Notes: generated by a model not told the origin, from the letters alone. 64,000 nucleotides of DNA from Gemmatimonadales bacterium (GCA_033764505.1 JANRIW010000027.1:7831-71830); one strand, 5' to 3'; numbered from the stretch's first letter, positions 9,546-19,707 are shown. Numbers and translations are program-made.

Positions 9546-10675
9546 GCCGGGCTTGGCGGTGGCTGCATGGCTTGAGCGTCTGGCCGATGCTGGTCAAGGA
9601 ATTCATCCAGTTGCGGCGGGACCGTCCCACCGTCGCCATGATGGTGGGGATCCCGGCGATCCAGTTGATGCTGTTCGGTTTCGCGATCCGCACCGAGGTG
9701 CGGAATCTCCCCACCGCGGTCTACGACGAGGCCCGCACCTCCGATTCGCGCGCCCTGGTGCAGACCATCCTCAATACCGGCAATTTCCGCTTTCATGCCG
9801 ATGCCACCTCGCGCGATGAGATCACCCGGTGGATCGAGGCAGGAACGGTGCGCGCGGCGATCGTCATCCCGCCCGAATTCACGCGCGACCTGGCGCAGCG
9901 TCGCACCGCGCGGGTGCAGGTGATCGTCGACGCCTCCGATCCGCTCGCCTCGCAGGCGGCGATGAGCGGGGCCTCTCTCGGCGGCCAGCAGCGCGCGCTG
10001 GAGATCGCAACCGCGCGGGGCGGCAGCTCATTGCCGCTCGAGGTGAGCGTTCGGCCGCTCTACAATCCGACCCTGCAGAGCTCGACCTACATCGTGCCGG
10101 GGATCATCGGGGTGCTGCTGTCGATGACTCTGGTGATCGTGATGGGGATGTCGGTGGTGCGCGAGCGGGAGCGCGGCACCCTCGAGCAACTGGTGGTGAC
10201 CCCGATTTCCAGGATCGGGCTGATGCTCGGCAAAGTGCTGCCGTTCGTGCTGGTGGGATACGTGCAGATGACGGTGATCCTGCTGCTGGGCCGAGTGGTC
10301 TTCCACGTGCCGCTCCGCGGCTCGTTGTTGCTGCTGTACGTGGCCGCGGCCGGATTCATCGGAGCCAATCTGGCCATCGGGTTGTGGCTCTCGACCATGG
10401 TGCGGACCCAGGCCCAGGCGATGCAGATGGGATTCCTCTTCCTGCTGCCCAACCTGCTGCTCTCCGGCTTCATGTTCCCGCGGGAAGCGATGCCCGAGGG
10501 GGCTCAATGGCTCGGCGCCGCGCTGCCGCTCACCTACTTCCTGGAGGTCCTGCGCGGCATCCTCCTCAAGGGAGTGGGCTTGGCGGCCCTCTGGCCGCAG
10601 ATCACCATTCTGGCGGTGTTCGCGGTGCTGTTCGTGGGATTGGCGGTGCGCCGGTTCCACAAGACGGTGGAGTAG
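9542..10675 (+). CDS. ABC-2 type permease (YbhR/S-like)
   Basis: KEFIQLRRD, VRERERGTLEQL, LLSGFMFP. Confidence 0.93.
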   Translation: MSRAWRWLHGLSVWPMLVKEFIQLRRDRPTVAMMVGIPAIQLMLFGFAIRTEVRNLPTAVYDEARTSDSRALVQTILNTGNFRFHADATSRDEITRWIEAGTVRAAIVIPPEFTRDLAQRRTARVQVIVDASDPLASQAAMSGASLGGQQRALEIATARGGSSLPLEVSVRPLYNPTLQSSTYIVPGIIGVLLSMTLVIVMGMSVVRERERGTLEQLVVTPISRIGLMLGKVLPFVLVGYVQMTVILLLGRVVFHVPLRGSLLLLYVAAAGFIGANLAIGLWLSTMVRTQAQAMQMGFLFLLPNLLLSGFMFPREAMPEGAQWLGAALPLTYFLEVLRGILLKGVGLAALWPQITILAVFAVLFVGLAVRRFHKTVE

Positions 10676-10719
10676 GGTGGGCGACTGGTTGCATCTCTCC
10701 GTCAGTCGCATGACATTTC

Positions 10720-12120
10720 GTGACCAAACCGAAAACCAGATGGCACCGCTCTGCAGTCCCGAGGTCAGGACCGCAGCCACTCGCAGGCTCCGAGGGACCG
10801 ACGATCGCACTCGCAACACTCGCCCGCCTCGCGATCCGGATCTACTACCGGATCCGTTATGGCGGGGAGCCCATCCCCGCCACCGGCCCGGCGCTGCTGG
10901 TGGCCAATCACCCCAACTCGCTGCTCGATCCGGTGGTGGTGATGGCGGCGGCGCGCCGCCAGGTGCGCTTTCTCGCCAAGGCGCCACTCTTCGCCGACCC
11001 GAAAACCGCCTGGTTCGTGAAGCTTGGTGGGGCGATTCCGGTGCACCGCGCCAGCGACGATCCTGCCAAGATGGCCGACAACGCCGCAATGTTCCGCGCC
11101 GTGCATGAGGCACTGGGTCAGGGCGACGCGGTGGGCCTCTTCCCGGAGGGGATCTCCCATGCCGCACCAGCGATGGCGCCGCTCCGCACCGGTGCGGCGC
11201 GGATCGCGCTGGGTGCCGCGCCACTTGTGGGGGGGGGATTTCCGGTGGTGCCGGTGGGACTCACTTTCCGGCAACGCGATGTGTTCCGGAGCGAGGCGCG
11301 GGTGGTGATCGGCGCGCCGATCGCCTGGGACGATCTGGCCGATCGCGGAGTGGACAACCCGGAGGCGGTGCGGGAGTTGACCGCTCGCATCGCCGGGGCG
11401 TTGGCAGCGATTACCCTCAACCTCGAGCGGTGGGAAGACGAACCGCTGGTGACCTGTGCCGTCCGCGTGTGGGAGGCTGAGCATCAGCAACCACCGGCCA
11501 CCGCGGAGCGTGCCCGCCGGATCACGATCACGACCCGGCTGCTCGCCGCCATTCGGGCGAGCGGTGATCCCGAGGGAGCAGCGGTGGTGCGCGCGGTGGG
11601 CCAACATCACCGCCGACTGATGCGGCTCGGGCTCAGACCGGTGGACCTGACCGTGACGCTGGGATGGTGGCATGGTGCCCGCTGGGCAGCGCGCCGATTG
11701 CCGGTCGTGCTGCCGCTCTGGGCGGCGCTCGGCGTGACGGGGTGGCTGTTGTTCGTGATTCCGTATCGACTGACCGCGTGGATCGTGAACCGCTTCACTC
11801 TCGAGACCGACACCCGCTCGACCTGGCAGTTCCTGATCGGGAGCGGGGTGTACCTGGCGTGGGTGGTCGGCTGGGGAGTTGTGGCCGGGCTTGTCTGGGA
11901 CCTCTGGGCAGCGTTCGCGGTGCTGATCGCCGTGCCGGTGGTCGGCATGGCCGGGCTGCTGGTGCGCGAGCGGTGGCGTGGTGCGTGGAACGACCTCAGC
12001 CGATTCGTCCTGATGCGTTCCCGAGATAGATTGCTGACCACTCTGCGGCAGGAGCAGCACGACCTCGCCGAGCGACTCGATGCCCTTTATCACCGCGCTT
12101 CCGCGGGAGAGACCGCATGA
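10720..12120 (+). CDS. Phospholipid/glycerol acyltransferase with C-terminal TM helices
   Basis: ANHPNSLLD (HX4D), FPEGISH. Confidence 0.9.
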   Translation: MTKPKTRWHRSAVPRSGPQPLAGSEGPTIALATLARLAIRIYYRIRYGGEPIPATGPALLVANHPNSLLDPVVVMAAARRQVRFLAKAPLFADPKTAWFVKLGGAIPVHRASDDPAKMADNAAMFRAVHEALGQGDAVGLFPEGISHAAPAMAPLRTGAARIALGAAPLVGGGFPVVPVGLTFRQRDVFRSEARVVIGAPIAWDDLADRGVDNPEAVRELTARIAGALAAITLNLERWEDEPLVTCAVRVWEAEHQQPPATAERARRITITTRLLAAIRASGDPEGAAVVRAVGQHHRRLMRLGLRPVDLTVTLGWWHGARWAARRLPVVLPLWAALGVTGWLLFVIPYRLTAWIVNRFTLETDTRSTWQFLIGSGVYLAWVVGWGVVAGLVWDLWAAFAVLIAVPVVGMAGLLVRERWRGAWNDLSRFVLMRSRDRLLTTLRQEQHDLAERLDALYHRASAGETA

Positions 12121-13424
12121 CGGCGATCGCCTCCGACCCACCGGCACCGTTTCAGCGGGATGTTCCCCGGGTGATCTGGTCGTGGGCGCTGTACGACTGG
12201 GCCAACAGCGCCTTCACGACGCTGGTGGTGACCTTCATCTACGCCACCTACTTCACCAGGGCGATGGCACCCGACGAGGTGACGGGAACCGCCTGGTGGT
12301 CGCGTGGCGTGGCGATCAGCGCGATCCTGATCGCGATGCTGTCGCCGCTGATGGGGGCGATCGCCGACCGGGGCGGGATGCGGAAGCGTTTTCTGGCGCT
12401 CTCGACGGCGGTGTGCGTGGCGGCAACGGCGGCACTCGCCTTCATTGCTCCTGGGGGGGGGACGGCGGCGTTGGTCGCGATCGTGCTGTTCGTGATCGCC
12501 AACATCGCCTTCGAAATGAGCGGACTGTTCAACAGCGCCTTTTTGCCGAGCATCGCCTCTCCCGGTCGGATCGGACGGATCTCCGGCTATGGCTGGGGAC
12601 TGGGATACGTGGGTGGTCTGGTCTGCATGGTGATCGCGCTGGTGGGGTTCGTGCAGCCGGAGGTGCCATGGTTCGGGATGAGCACCGAGGCAGGATGGAA
12701 TGTGCGCGCCACCAACCTGCTGGTGGCGGTATGGTATGCTGTGTTCGCACTGCCGATGTTTTTCAACGTTCCCGAGCGCAAGGTGGTGGGCGGCAAGGTG
12801 GATGTTGCAGGGGCTTTCCGTTCGCTGGCCCAGACGGTGCGCGACGTCCGGCGCTACGGCGAGGTCGTCAAGTTTCTGGCGGCGCGACTGATCTACAACG
12901 ACGGCCTGGTGACGATCTTCGCCTTCGGAGGGATCTACGCCGCCGGTACCTTCGGCTTCGCGCTCAGCGAGGTGATCATTTTCGGAATCGTGCTCAATGT
13001 CGCCTCGGGAATCGGGGCGGTGCTGTTCGGGTTCGTCGATGACCGGCTCGGCGGGCGCAACACGGTGCTGATCACCCTGGCCGGATTGATCCTGGCAGCC
13101 CTCATCGCGGTGCTCGCTCCCACCGCCACCTGGTTCTGGGTAGCCGGGATCCTGGTGGGGATCTTCGTGGGCCCCAACCAGAGCGCCTCCCGCTCGCTGA
13201 TGGGGCGGCTGGTCCCCGAGAAGCACGAGACGGAGTTCTTCGGCTTCTTCGCCTTCAGCGGCAAGGCCACGGCGTTTCTCGGGCCGCTGCTGCTCGGAGT
13301 GGTGACGACCATGTTCGACTCGCAGCGCGCCGGAGTGGCGACGGTGGTCGGATTCTTCCTGGTCGGCGGATTGGTGTTGCTGACCGTGGACGAGAAGAAG
13401 GGGATGGCGGGGAAGGAGATGTGA
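12117..13424 (+). CDS. MFS transporter (UMF1/ATG22-like)
   Basis: WALYDWANSAF, GRISGYGWGLGY, QSASRSL, EFFGF. Confidence 0.9.
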   Translation: MTAIASDPPAPFQRDVPRVIWSWALYDWANSAFTTLVVTFIYATYFTRAMAPDEVTGTAWWSRGVAISAILIAMLSPLMGAIADRGGMRKRFLALSTAVCVAATAALAFIAPGGGTAALVAIVLFVIANIAFEMSGLFNSAFLPSIASPGRIGRISGYGWGLGYVGGLVCMVIALVGFVQPEVPWFGMSTEAGWNVRATNLLVAVWYAVFALPMFFNVPERKVVGGKVDVAGAFRSLAQTVRDVRRYGEVVKFLAARLIYNDGLVTIFAFGGIYAAGTFGFALSEVIIFGIVLNVASGIGAVLFGFVDDRLGGRNTVLITLAGLILAALIAVLAPTATWFWVAGILVGIFVGPNQSASRSLMGRLVPEKHETEFFGFFAFSGKATAFLGPLLLGVVTTMFDSQRAGVATVVGFFLVGGLVLLTVDEKKGMAGKEM

Positions 13425-13538
13425 AAGGTGAAAGGTGAAAGGTGAAAGGTGAAAGGTGAAAGGTGAAAGGTGAAAGGGAAGCCCGCCTGACAACCCGTTT
13501 TACCTTTCACGTTTTACGTTTTACCTCTTACGTTTCCC
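13421..13538. repeat. Heptamer inverted-arm element: (GTGAAAG)x8, 20-nt core, degenerate CTTTCAC/GTTTTAC arm
   Basis: Eight perfect units at 13421-13476; core GGAAG-CCCGCCT-GACAACCC; right arm 13497-13538. Confidence 0.95.
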
Positions 13539-13613
13539 CAGTTCCCCCGCTGCGAGTCGCACCGGTCACCGTGCGTCAACAGTTGATCAACGTTCTTCGA
13601 CACCGAGGCCACC

Positions 13614-14123
13614 ATGTCCGTCCGTCCGGTTCCTGATGCAGTGCGTGTTGGCATCATGCTTTCCCTGGCAGCGATTCTGTTCGGTTTCTTGTTGGGAGGG
13701 GCATTTGGCGCATTCGAGCCCGTACTCAAGGGCCGTCTGGCAGCATCGGCTGATGCAGTATTGGCTACGGCATACAACGGCGACGTCGCGGCGAAGGACG
13801 CGGTCGTGGCCAAGTCGTGGGAATACCTCAAGCGCGCCCATCTGCATGGCGGTGGCATCGGCGGGGCGTCGCTGGCGGCGATCGCGATCCTTCTGCTCAC
13901 CACCAAGCTGGGACGGATGGCGCAGTACAGCGCCGTGGCATTCGGCGCGGGGGCATTGATCTACGCGGTGTTCTGGTTGGCGGCAGGGTTCAGCGCCCCC
14001 GGGATGGGAAGCACCGGTGCGGCCAAGGATGCGTTCGAGTGGATCGCGGTGCCCGGGGCTGGTCTGGCGATTTTAGGAGCGCTCGGTACGATGATCTCCG
14101 TGTGGCGGGATCGTTCGGCATAG
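13614..14123 (+). CDS. Hypothetical 4-TM membrane protein
   Basis: Hydrophobic helices, KRAHLHGGG motif, SD-like GAGG upstream. Confidence 0.7.
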   Translation: MSVRPVPDAVRVGIMLSLAAILFGFLLGGAFGAFEPVLKGRLAASADAVLATAYNGDVAAKDAVVAKSWEYLKRAHLHGGGIGGASLAAIAILLLTTKLGRMAQYSAVAFGAGALIYAVFWLAAGFSAPGMGSTGAAKDAFEWIAVPGAGLAILGALGTMISVWRDRSA

Positions 14124-14301
14124 CAGCGTTGGTTGAGTTGAATGTTTCGCTCTGATCGTTTCAGCGGTGCTGTGTTTTCTGGTGCGATGACCCCGGGGAC
14201 GATCACTCTCTCGGCGGCCTGTATGTGGCCGCCCATTCCGCCATATCCCAAACCGGGCACCGGCCACCTAACGGCCGCCATGAGAGCGATCGCCCCCGAG
14301 G

Positions 14302-14327
14302 ATCCAACATCCAGCATCCAACATCCA
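14302..14327. repeat. (ATCCARC)n heptamer array directly after the cutC stop
   Basis: ATCCAAC ATCCAGC ATCCAAC ATCCA. Confidence 0.85.
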
Positions 14328-14981
14328 CTAACCATTCACCACCCTTGCCACCGCCTCGAATCTCTCCCCATCAGTCGCCCGCAAGTGAATCTCAGCCACG
14401 CCAGTAGTCGCGACCAGCTCGGCGGCGTGTGAGGCGACGATCCCTCCGCCGGCCATCACCGCGAGTCGTCCCGCCGCCTGCTGCACCAATGAAGCGATCT
14501 GCCCTCTTCCTTCCCACGCGGACTCGGCACCGCCGCTGGTCAGCACCCTTGAGATACCAAGTTCGATGAGGGTGTCGAGTGCCTCGACCTGATCACGCAC
14601 GGCATCAAATGCCTTGTGGAAGGTGAGGTCGATCGGTCCGGCCGCATCGCGAAGCCGCGAGACGGTGTCGCGGTCGATGGTGCCACGCAGCGTCAGCGCG
14701 CCGATCACCATTCCCGGCACCCCGAGGGTGCGGAGCTGCGTCACGTCGTGCAGCATGGCCCGGACATCGTCGCTGCTGAATACGAAATCTCCGCCACGGG
14801 AGCGGACAATTGGGTAGACCGGAATGCTGCATCGGCCCAGTGCCACAGCCACGATTCCGTGACTGGGTGTGGTGCCGCCGACGGCAAGATTGGAGCAAAG
14901 CTCAATGCGGTCGGCGCCCAACCGTTCGGATCGGAGAGCCTCCTCTGGAGATTCAACGCAGGCCTCGATCAGGATCGGCAT
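14328..14981 (-). CDS. cutC: Copper homeostasis protein CutC
   Basis: GADRIELC, GGTTPS, RGGDF, TFHKAFD, RVLTSG. Confidence 0.93.
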   Translation of the reverse strand: MPILIEACVESPEEALRSERLGADRIELCSNLAVGGTTPSHGIVAVALGRCSIPVYPIVRSRGGDFVFSSDDVRAMLHDVTQLRTLGVPGMVIGALTLRGTIDRDTVSRLRDAAGPIDLTFHKAFDAVRDQVEALDTLIELGISRVLTSGGAESAWEGRGQIASLVQQAAGRLAVMAGGGIVASHAAELVATTGVAEIHLRATDGERFEAVARVVNG

Positions 14982-15141
14982 GGTCAAAAGCTACCCACTT
15001 CCCGGGAACAGTCGAGGCGCGCGGAGCGTTCGGACTGCAGGGTCAACAGTTGACCCATCCACATCACAGGTTGCTTTCACTGCCCACGCTGCAATCATGG
15101 CGCATTTGAGACGTGGGCATCTCACAGAAGGAACGAGACCG

Positions 15142-16209
15142 ATGGCTGATATGCTGCTCCTATCTCCGGTGACACTCGGCGCACTGGAACTCCGGAACCG
15201 CCTGGTGATGGCGCCGATGACCCGGAACCGGGCCACTCCCGACGGCCTGCCGACCCCGATGATGACCACCTACTACACCCAGAGGTCATCGGCGGGGCTG
15301 ATCATCACCGAGATGACGCAGATCACCCCTGAGGCGGTCGGCTACATGAACACCCCCGGGATCCACTCTGCGGAGCAGGTCGCGGCCTGGCGCACGATCA
15401 CCGAAGCGGTCCATGCCGCGGGTGGGCGAATCGTGATGCAACTGGGCCATGCGGGCCGGATCTCCCACCCGTTGCTGATCGGTGGCCTTACTCCGGTGGC
15501 GCCCTCGGCGATTCGTCCGGAGGGGAAGTGCTTCACTCCGCAGGGGCAGCTTCCCTACGAGACGCCGCGCGCGCTTGCGACCGAAGAGCTGCCGACCATC
15601 GTGGCACAGTTCCGCCACGCGGCGGCGATGGCCAAGGAGGCGGGCTTCGATGGCGTCGAGCTGCACTCCGCCAACGGTTATCTGCTCGATGAGTTCCTGC
15701 GCAGCGGGACCAACAAGCGCACCGATGGCTATGGTGGATCGGTGGAAAACCGCACGCGTCTGTTGCTGGAGGTCGCATCGGCGGCTGGCGAGGTTTGGGG
15801 ACCGGGACGCGTCGGCGTCCGGGTGTCGCCATTCAATTCTTTCAATTCCATGCACGATGACCAACCGTTGGAGACCTTCCCCGCAGTGGCCCGTCTGCTC
15901 GATGCGCTCTCACTCGCCTACCTGCACATCAGCTACGGCGGCAGCAGCGTGGAGCAACGGCCGGAGATGATCGCCCGCATGCGCTCGGCGTTTGGTGGTC
16001 CTATCATCGCCAACGCCGGCTACGATGTCGAGCGGGCCGAGACGGCGCTCAAGGCCAAAGAGGCGGAGGCAATTGCGTTCGGCGTGCCGTTCATCGCCAA
16101 CCCTGATCTCCCCGCCCGATTCGCTCGTGGGGCCGAGCTGAACGCAGCCGACCCGGCGACCTTCTACATGGGAACCGAAGTGGGATACATCGACTACCCG
16201 AACCTGTAA
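15142..16209 (+). CDS. Old yellow enzyme / alkene reductase (NemA-like)
   Basis: MAPMTRNR, GFDGVELHSANGYL, FIANPDL, GYIDYP. Confidence 0.95.
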   Translation: MADMLLLSPVTLGALELRNRLVMAPMTRNRATPDGLPTPMMTTYYTQRSSAGLIITEMTQITPEAVGYMNTPGIHSAEQVAAWRTITEAVHAAGGRIVMQLGHAGRISHPLLIGGLTPVAPSAIRPEGKCFTPQGQLPYETPRALATEELPTIVAQFRHAAAMAKEAGFDGVELHSANGYLLDEFLRSGTNKRTDGYGGSVENRTRLLLEVASAAGEVWGPGRVGVRVSPFNSFNSMHDDQPLETFPAVARLLDALSLAYLHISYGGSSVEQRPEMIARMRSAFGGPIIANAGYDVERAETALKAKEAEAIAFGVPFIANPDLPARFARGAELNAADPATFYMGTEVGYIDYPNL

Positions 16210-16341
16210 AAGAGAGAAAGAGAGAAAGAGAGAAAGAGAGAAGGAGAGAAAGTCCCTCGTCCCGATCGCAGTGAGGGACGAGGGATGCTGGGCCGCCCCG
16301 CCTCTCTTTCTCTCCTTCTCTCTTTCTCTCCTTCTCTCTTT
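16209..16341. repeat. Octamer inverted-arm element filling a convergent intergenic region, with internal 11-bp hairpin; probable bidirectional 3'-end structure
   Basis: (AAAGAGAG/AAGGAGAG)x5 at 16209-16248; TCCCTCGTCCC/GGGACGAGGGA at 16253-16285; (CTCTCYTT)x5 at 16302-16341. Confidence 0.93.
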
Positions 16342-17670
16342 CTAGAGCGTCCAGCCGTCGCGATAGGTGGAGTCGATGTACTCCTTCGGGACCGAGGTGC
16401 GGACGGTGCCGTCGGGTTCGAGCTCGATCATCCGCCCGGTGCGGACTGCCAGGCAGCCGTAGAGCACCATCTCGGTGAGCGGTCCGGCGTGTTCGGCGAA
16501 GTTGCTCATCGGTGCCGGTCCCTTGCCGGTGATGGCGTTGATCCACTCGACATACACTCCCGGGGAGCGCGGGTAGACGATCTTCGGCGGGTTCTTGGTG
16601 AACTGCTCGTGGCGCTTGGGGTTGAGGATGCGGGCGTTGTCGCCATAGGCATCGGCGACCATGGCACCTTCGGTACCGACCCACATCTGGCCACCGACCT
16701 CGCCGATCGGCCACTCGTCGTATTCGCCCAGCTCGGGCGGCTTGGCCGGCCAGAGCGAGCCGTCGCGCCAGACCACCTTCACCGCCGGCCGCTTGCCGCG
16801 GGCCGGGAAGTCATATTCCACGCGCGACTGCTTCGGTGCGGTCTCCTCGTAGCTGGTGCTGCCCTCGGGGGTGATGCGGGTGGGGTTCCGCAGGTCGAAG
16901 GCCCAGAAGGCGGCGTCCATCGCATGGCAGGCGATGTCACCCAGCGCGCCGGTGCCGTAGTCCCACCAGCCGCGCCAGCGGAACGGGGCGTACACCGGCG
17001 AGTACGGACGCTCCTTGGCGGGGCCCTGCCAGAGATTCCAATCGAAGGTGGGGTGCGGGTTGTGGGCCTCGGTGGGGCGGTCTAGTCCCTGGGGCCAGAT
17101 CGGGCGATTGGACCAGTAGTGGACCTCGCGAATCTCGCCGATGGCGCCGGCCTCGTACCACTCGCGGATCGCGCGCGTGCCGACACCGGCGTGGCCTTGA
17201 TTCCCCATCTGGGTGGCCACTCCACGCCGTCTGGTCTCCGCCATCAGGGTGCGCACCTCGTGCAGGGTACGGGTGAGCGGCTTCTGGGTGAACACTGGCT
17301 TGTTGAGCCGGAGCGCTGCCATCGTCGCGGTGGCATGGACATGGTCCGGGGTGGAGATGCTCACTGCGTCGATCTCGCTCCCCATCTGGTCGAGCATCTC
17401 GCGGAAATCCTTGAACCGGCGCGCGTCAGGATGACGACCGAAGCTCTTCTTGCCGGCGCGCCAGTCGACATCGCAGAGCGCCGCCACCGAGGCACCGGCC
17501 TTGACGATGCCGGTGATGTCGCTCTCGCCTTTCCCCCCGATGCCGATCGCCGCCAACCGCACCATGTCGCTTGGCGCCGTGAAGCCCCGGCCGAGAACGT
17601 GGCGCGGGACGATGTGGAAGGCCGCCCCGGTGGCGGCAGCGGATGCGAGAAACTTGCGGCGAGAGGACAT
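16342..17670 (-). CDS. Gfo/Idh/MocA oxidoreductase with Tat signal
   Basis: MSSRRKFL, IGIGGKG, STPDHVH, QKPL, QMGNQG, GALGDIACH. Confidence 0.93.
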   Translation of the reverse strand: MSSRRKFLASAAATGAAFHIVPRHVLGRGFTAPSDMVRLAAIGIGGKGESDITGIVKAGASVAALCDVDWRAGKKSFGRHPDARRFKDFREMLDQMGSEIDAVSISTPDHVHATATMAALRLNKPVFTQKPLTRTLHEVRTLMAETRRRGVATQMGNQGHAGVGTRAIREWYEAGAIGEIREVHYWSNRPIWPQGLDRPTEAHNPHPTFDWNLWQGPAKERPYSPVYAPFRWRGWWDYGTGALGDIACHAMDAAFWAFDLRNPTRITPEGSTSYEETAPKQSRVEYDFPARGKRPAVKVVWRDGSLWPAKPPELGEYDEWPIGEVGGQMWVGTEGAMVADAYGDNARILNPKRHEQFTKNPPKIVYPRSPGVYVEWINAITGKGPAPMSNFAEHAGPLTEMVLYGCLAVRTGRMIELEPDGTVRTSVPKEYIDSTYRDGWTL

Positions 17671-17682
17671 GGGGAACTCCGT

Positions 17683-17807
17683 AAAGAGAGAAGGAGAGAA
17701 GGAGAGAACGAGAGAAAGAGAGACAAGGCGTAGAGGCCAGCTCCAGGCTTCAGGCCGGAAGCGGATCCTCTCTTTCTCTCTTTCTCTCGTTCTCTCCTTC
17801 TCTCTTT
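17683..17807. repeat. Octamer inverted-arm element
   Basis: Five units at 17683-17722 and five complementary units at 17768-17807, both containing the rare AACGAGAG variant. Confidence 0.93.
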
Positions 17808-18976
17808 GGATTGAACAGCACCGCAAACAACACGAAAATCACCAGCGCTCCGGTGGCCGGGACCTGCCAGATGGCGGTCCAGTCGTGGCCTCCACTCGGG
17901 AGGGCGTAGTGGTCGACGATCCTGCCGCTGGCCCATGATCCCACGAAATTGCCGAGCCCGAGGGTGACCAGCGCGATGAATCCCTGGGCGGCGGCGCGGA
18001 TCTTCGGTCCGGCCTGTTGGTCGACGTAGATCTGACCGCTCACGAAGAAGAAGTCGTAGCAGACGCCGTGGAGCAACAAGCCTCCATACAACATCCAGAC
18101 TCCCGGGCCGGCGTCGCCGTGGGCAAAGAGGAAGTAGCGGGCGGCCCAGGCGAGCATCGCCACCAGCAGAATCGTCTTGATGCCGTGTTTCCGGAGGAGG
18201 ACTCCGATGAACAGCATGAAGAAGACCTCGCTCATCTGCCCCATCGTCATCTTGCCGGCCGCACTGGCCACGCCGATCTCGTTCAGGAATGGGTTGGCGA
18301 AGGCGTAGTAGAATTGCAGCGGGATCGAGAGCAGGAACGATCCCGTCACGAACACCGCGAATGAGCGGTCCTTGAGCAGTGCGAGGGCGTCGAGCCCGAG
18401 GACGTCGCGGAGCGCGAACGGCTGGCCACGTGCCGGGGGCGGAGTGTGTGGCAGCAGGAACGCAAAGCCGCCGAGCAGCAGCGAGGCGGTGGCGGCGATC
18501 CGGATCGGCAGGGCAGTGTCATCGACGGCGAGCCAGCCGAGCAGCAGGCCGACCGTGATCCACCCGAGAGTTCCGAGTACTCGCACGCCGCCGAACTGGC
18601 CGGCCGGGTCGCGGAGGTTGCTCATCGAGATGCTGTTGGTGAGCGCCAGGGTCGGCATGTAACAGAGCGAGTAGGCGAGCATGCCGAGGTACATCGACTG
18701 GAAGGTGGTCAGCGTCGAGACGTACCAGAGCAGAGCCGCTCCCACGAGGTGGAGCAGCGCGATGATCTTCTCGGTGGCGAAGAAGCGGTCGGCGATCATC
18801 CCCACGAAAAAGGGCGAGACGATGGCAGCGACCGCCGTGGTGCCGTAGATCAGGCCGATCTGGACGCCCTCGAACTGCAGAGTCTTGCCAAGGTAGGTGC
18901 CGAGGGTGACTGCCCAGCTCCCCCAGATGAAATACTGGAGGAACATCATGATCTGCAGCCGGAGGCGCGGACTCAC
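17750..18976 (-). CDS. Nucleoside:H+ symporter family MFS permease (NupG/XapB-like)
   Basis: MMFLQYFIWGSW, IADRFF, RVLGTLGW, GQMSEV, HGVCYDFFFV. Confidence 0.92.
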   Translation of the reverse strand: MSPRLRLQIMMFLQYFIWGSWAVTLGTYLGKTLQFEGVQIGLIYGTTAVAAIVSPFFVGMIADRFFATEKIIALLHLVGAALLWYVSTLTTFQSMYLGMLAYSLCYMPTLALTNSISMSNLRDPAGQFGGVRVLGTLGWITVGLLLGWLAVDDTALPIRIAATASLLLGGFAFLLPHTPPPARGQPFALRDVLGLDALALLKDRSFAVFVTGSFLLSIPLQFYYAFANPFLNEIGVASAAGKMTMGQMSEVFFMLFIGVLLRKHGIKTILLVAMLAWAARYFLFAHGDAGPGVWMLYGGLLLHGVCYDFFFVSGQIYVDQQAGPKIRAAAQGFIALVTLGLGNFVGSWASGRIVDHYALPSGGHDWTAIWQVPATGALVIFVLFAVLFNPKREGENERKREREDPLPA

Positions 18977-19707
18977 TGGGCGGGCCGGATCTTGATGTTC
19001 TGATACCAGACCGAATCACCATGATCCTGCAGCCCGATATAGCCTCGGCGCGTTTTGCCGAAGGTGGGCCATTCGTTGAACTTGCTCTCGGCGATCAGCG
19101 CCTTGAGTTCGGGAGAGTCGAAGTCTGCCTGCACCACCCGGACTCCATTGAGCCAGTGCTCCACCTTGCCGCCCTTGGTGGTGATCCGCGACTTGTTCCA
19201 TTCGCCCACCGGTTTCACCAGCCCCGGATCTGCGGGTGCCAGCCCGTAGAGCGATCCCGCAGCGGTTAGCGGGGTCAGGCCATCGCGGTGCGCGATGTTG
19301 TCGAGGACTTGGTATTCCGGGGCGTTGTGGTAGATCCGTTCACTCGCTTCGTGCGCCCAGAAAAACACCCCGCTGTTGCCGCCCTCACTGACCTTCCATT
19401 CAAACTCCAGCTCGAAGGTGTCGAACTGGTCGTTGGTCACCAGATCGCCGCCCTCCCCGGTGCGCACCAGCATTCCCTCGATCACCCGCCAGCCCTCGAT
19501 CGTGTTGGGCTTGGCGTAGATATGCCAGCCGCTGGTGGTCATCCCGTCGAACAGAAGTCGCCATCCCTCGCGTCGCTCGGCAAGCGACAGGGTGTTCGGC
19601 ATCTGGGGACCGATCGGCTCGAGCGGTGGCGGGGTGCGACCGCAAGCGGCCAACATGGCGATCGCGGCAGCAGCGAGGGTGGCACGTGGGAACGCGCACG
19701 AAATCAT
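18973..19707 (-). CDS. DUF1080 (3-keto-disaccharide hydrolase-like) lipoprotein
   Basis: GWRLLFDG, GGNSGV, EYQVLD, GEWNKSRI, IGLQDHG. Confidence 0.92.
   Translation of the reverse strand: MISCAFPRATLAAAAIAMLAACGRTPPPLEPIGPQMPNTLSLAERREGWRLLFDGMTTSGWHIYAKPNTIEGWRVIEGMLVRTGEGGDLVTNDQFDTFELEFEWKVSEGGNSGVFFWAHEASERIYHNAPEYQVLDNIAHRDGLTPLTAAGSLYGLAPADPGLVKPVGEWNKSRITTKGGKVEHWLNGVRVVQADFDSPELKALIAESKFNEWPTFGKTRRGYIGLQDHGDSVWYQNIKIRPAQ

Noticed and set aside
17671-17826. N-terminal extension of the Gfo/Idh/MocA ORF (REKERTRERE...)
   Set aside because: It is a translation of the octamer repeat; the real start is MSSRRKFL at 17670 with a GGAG SD.
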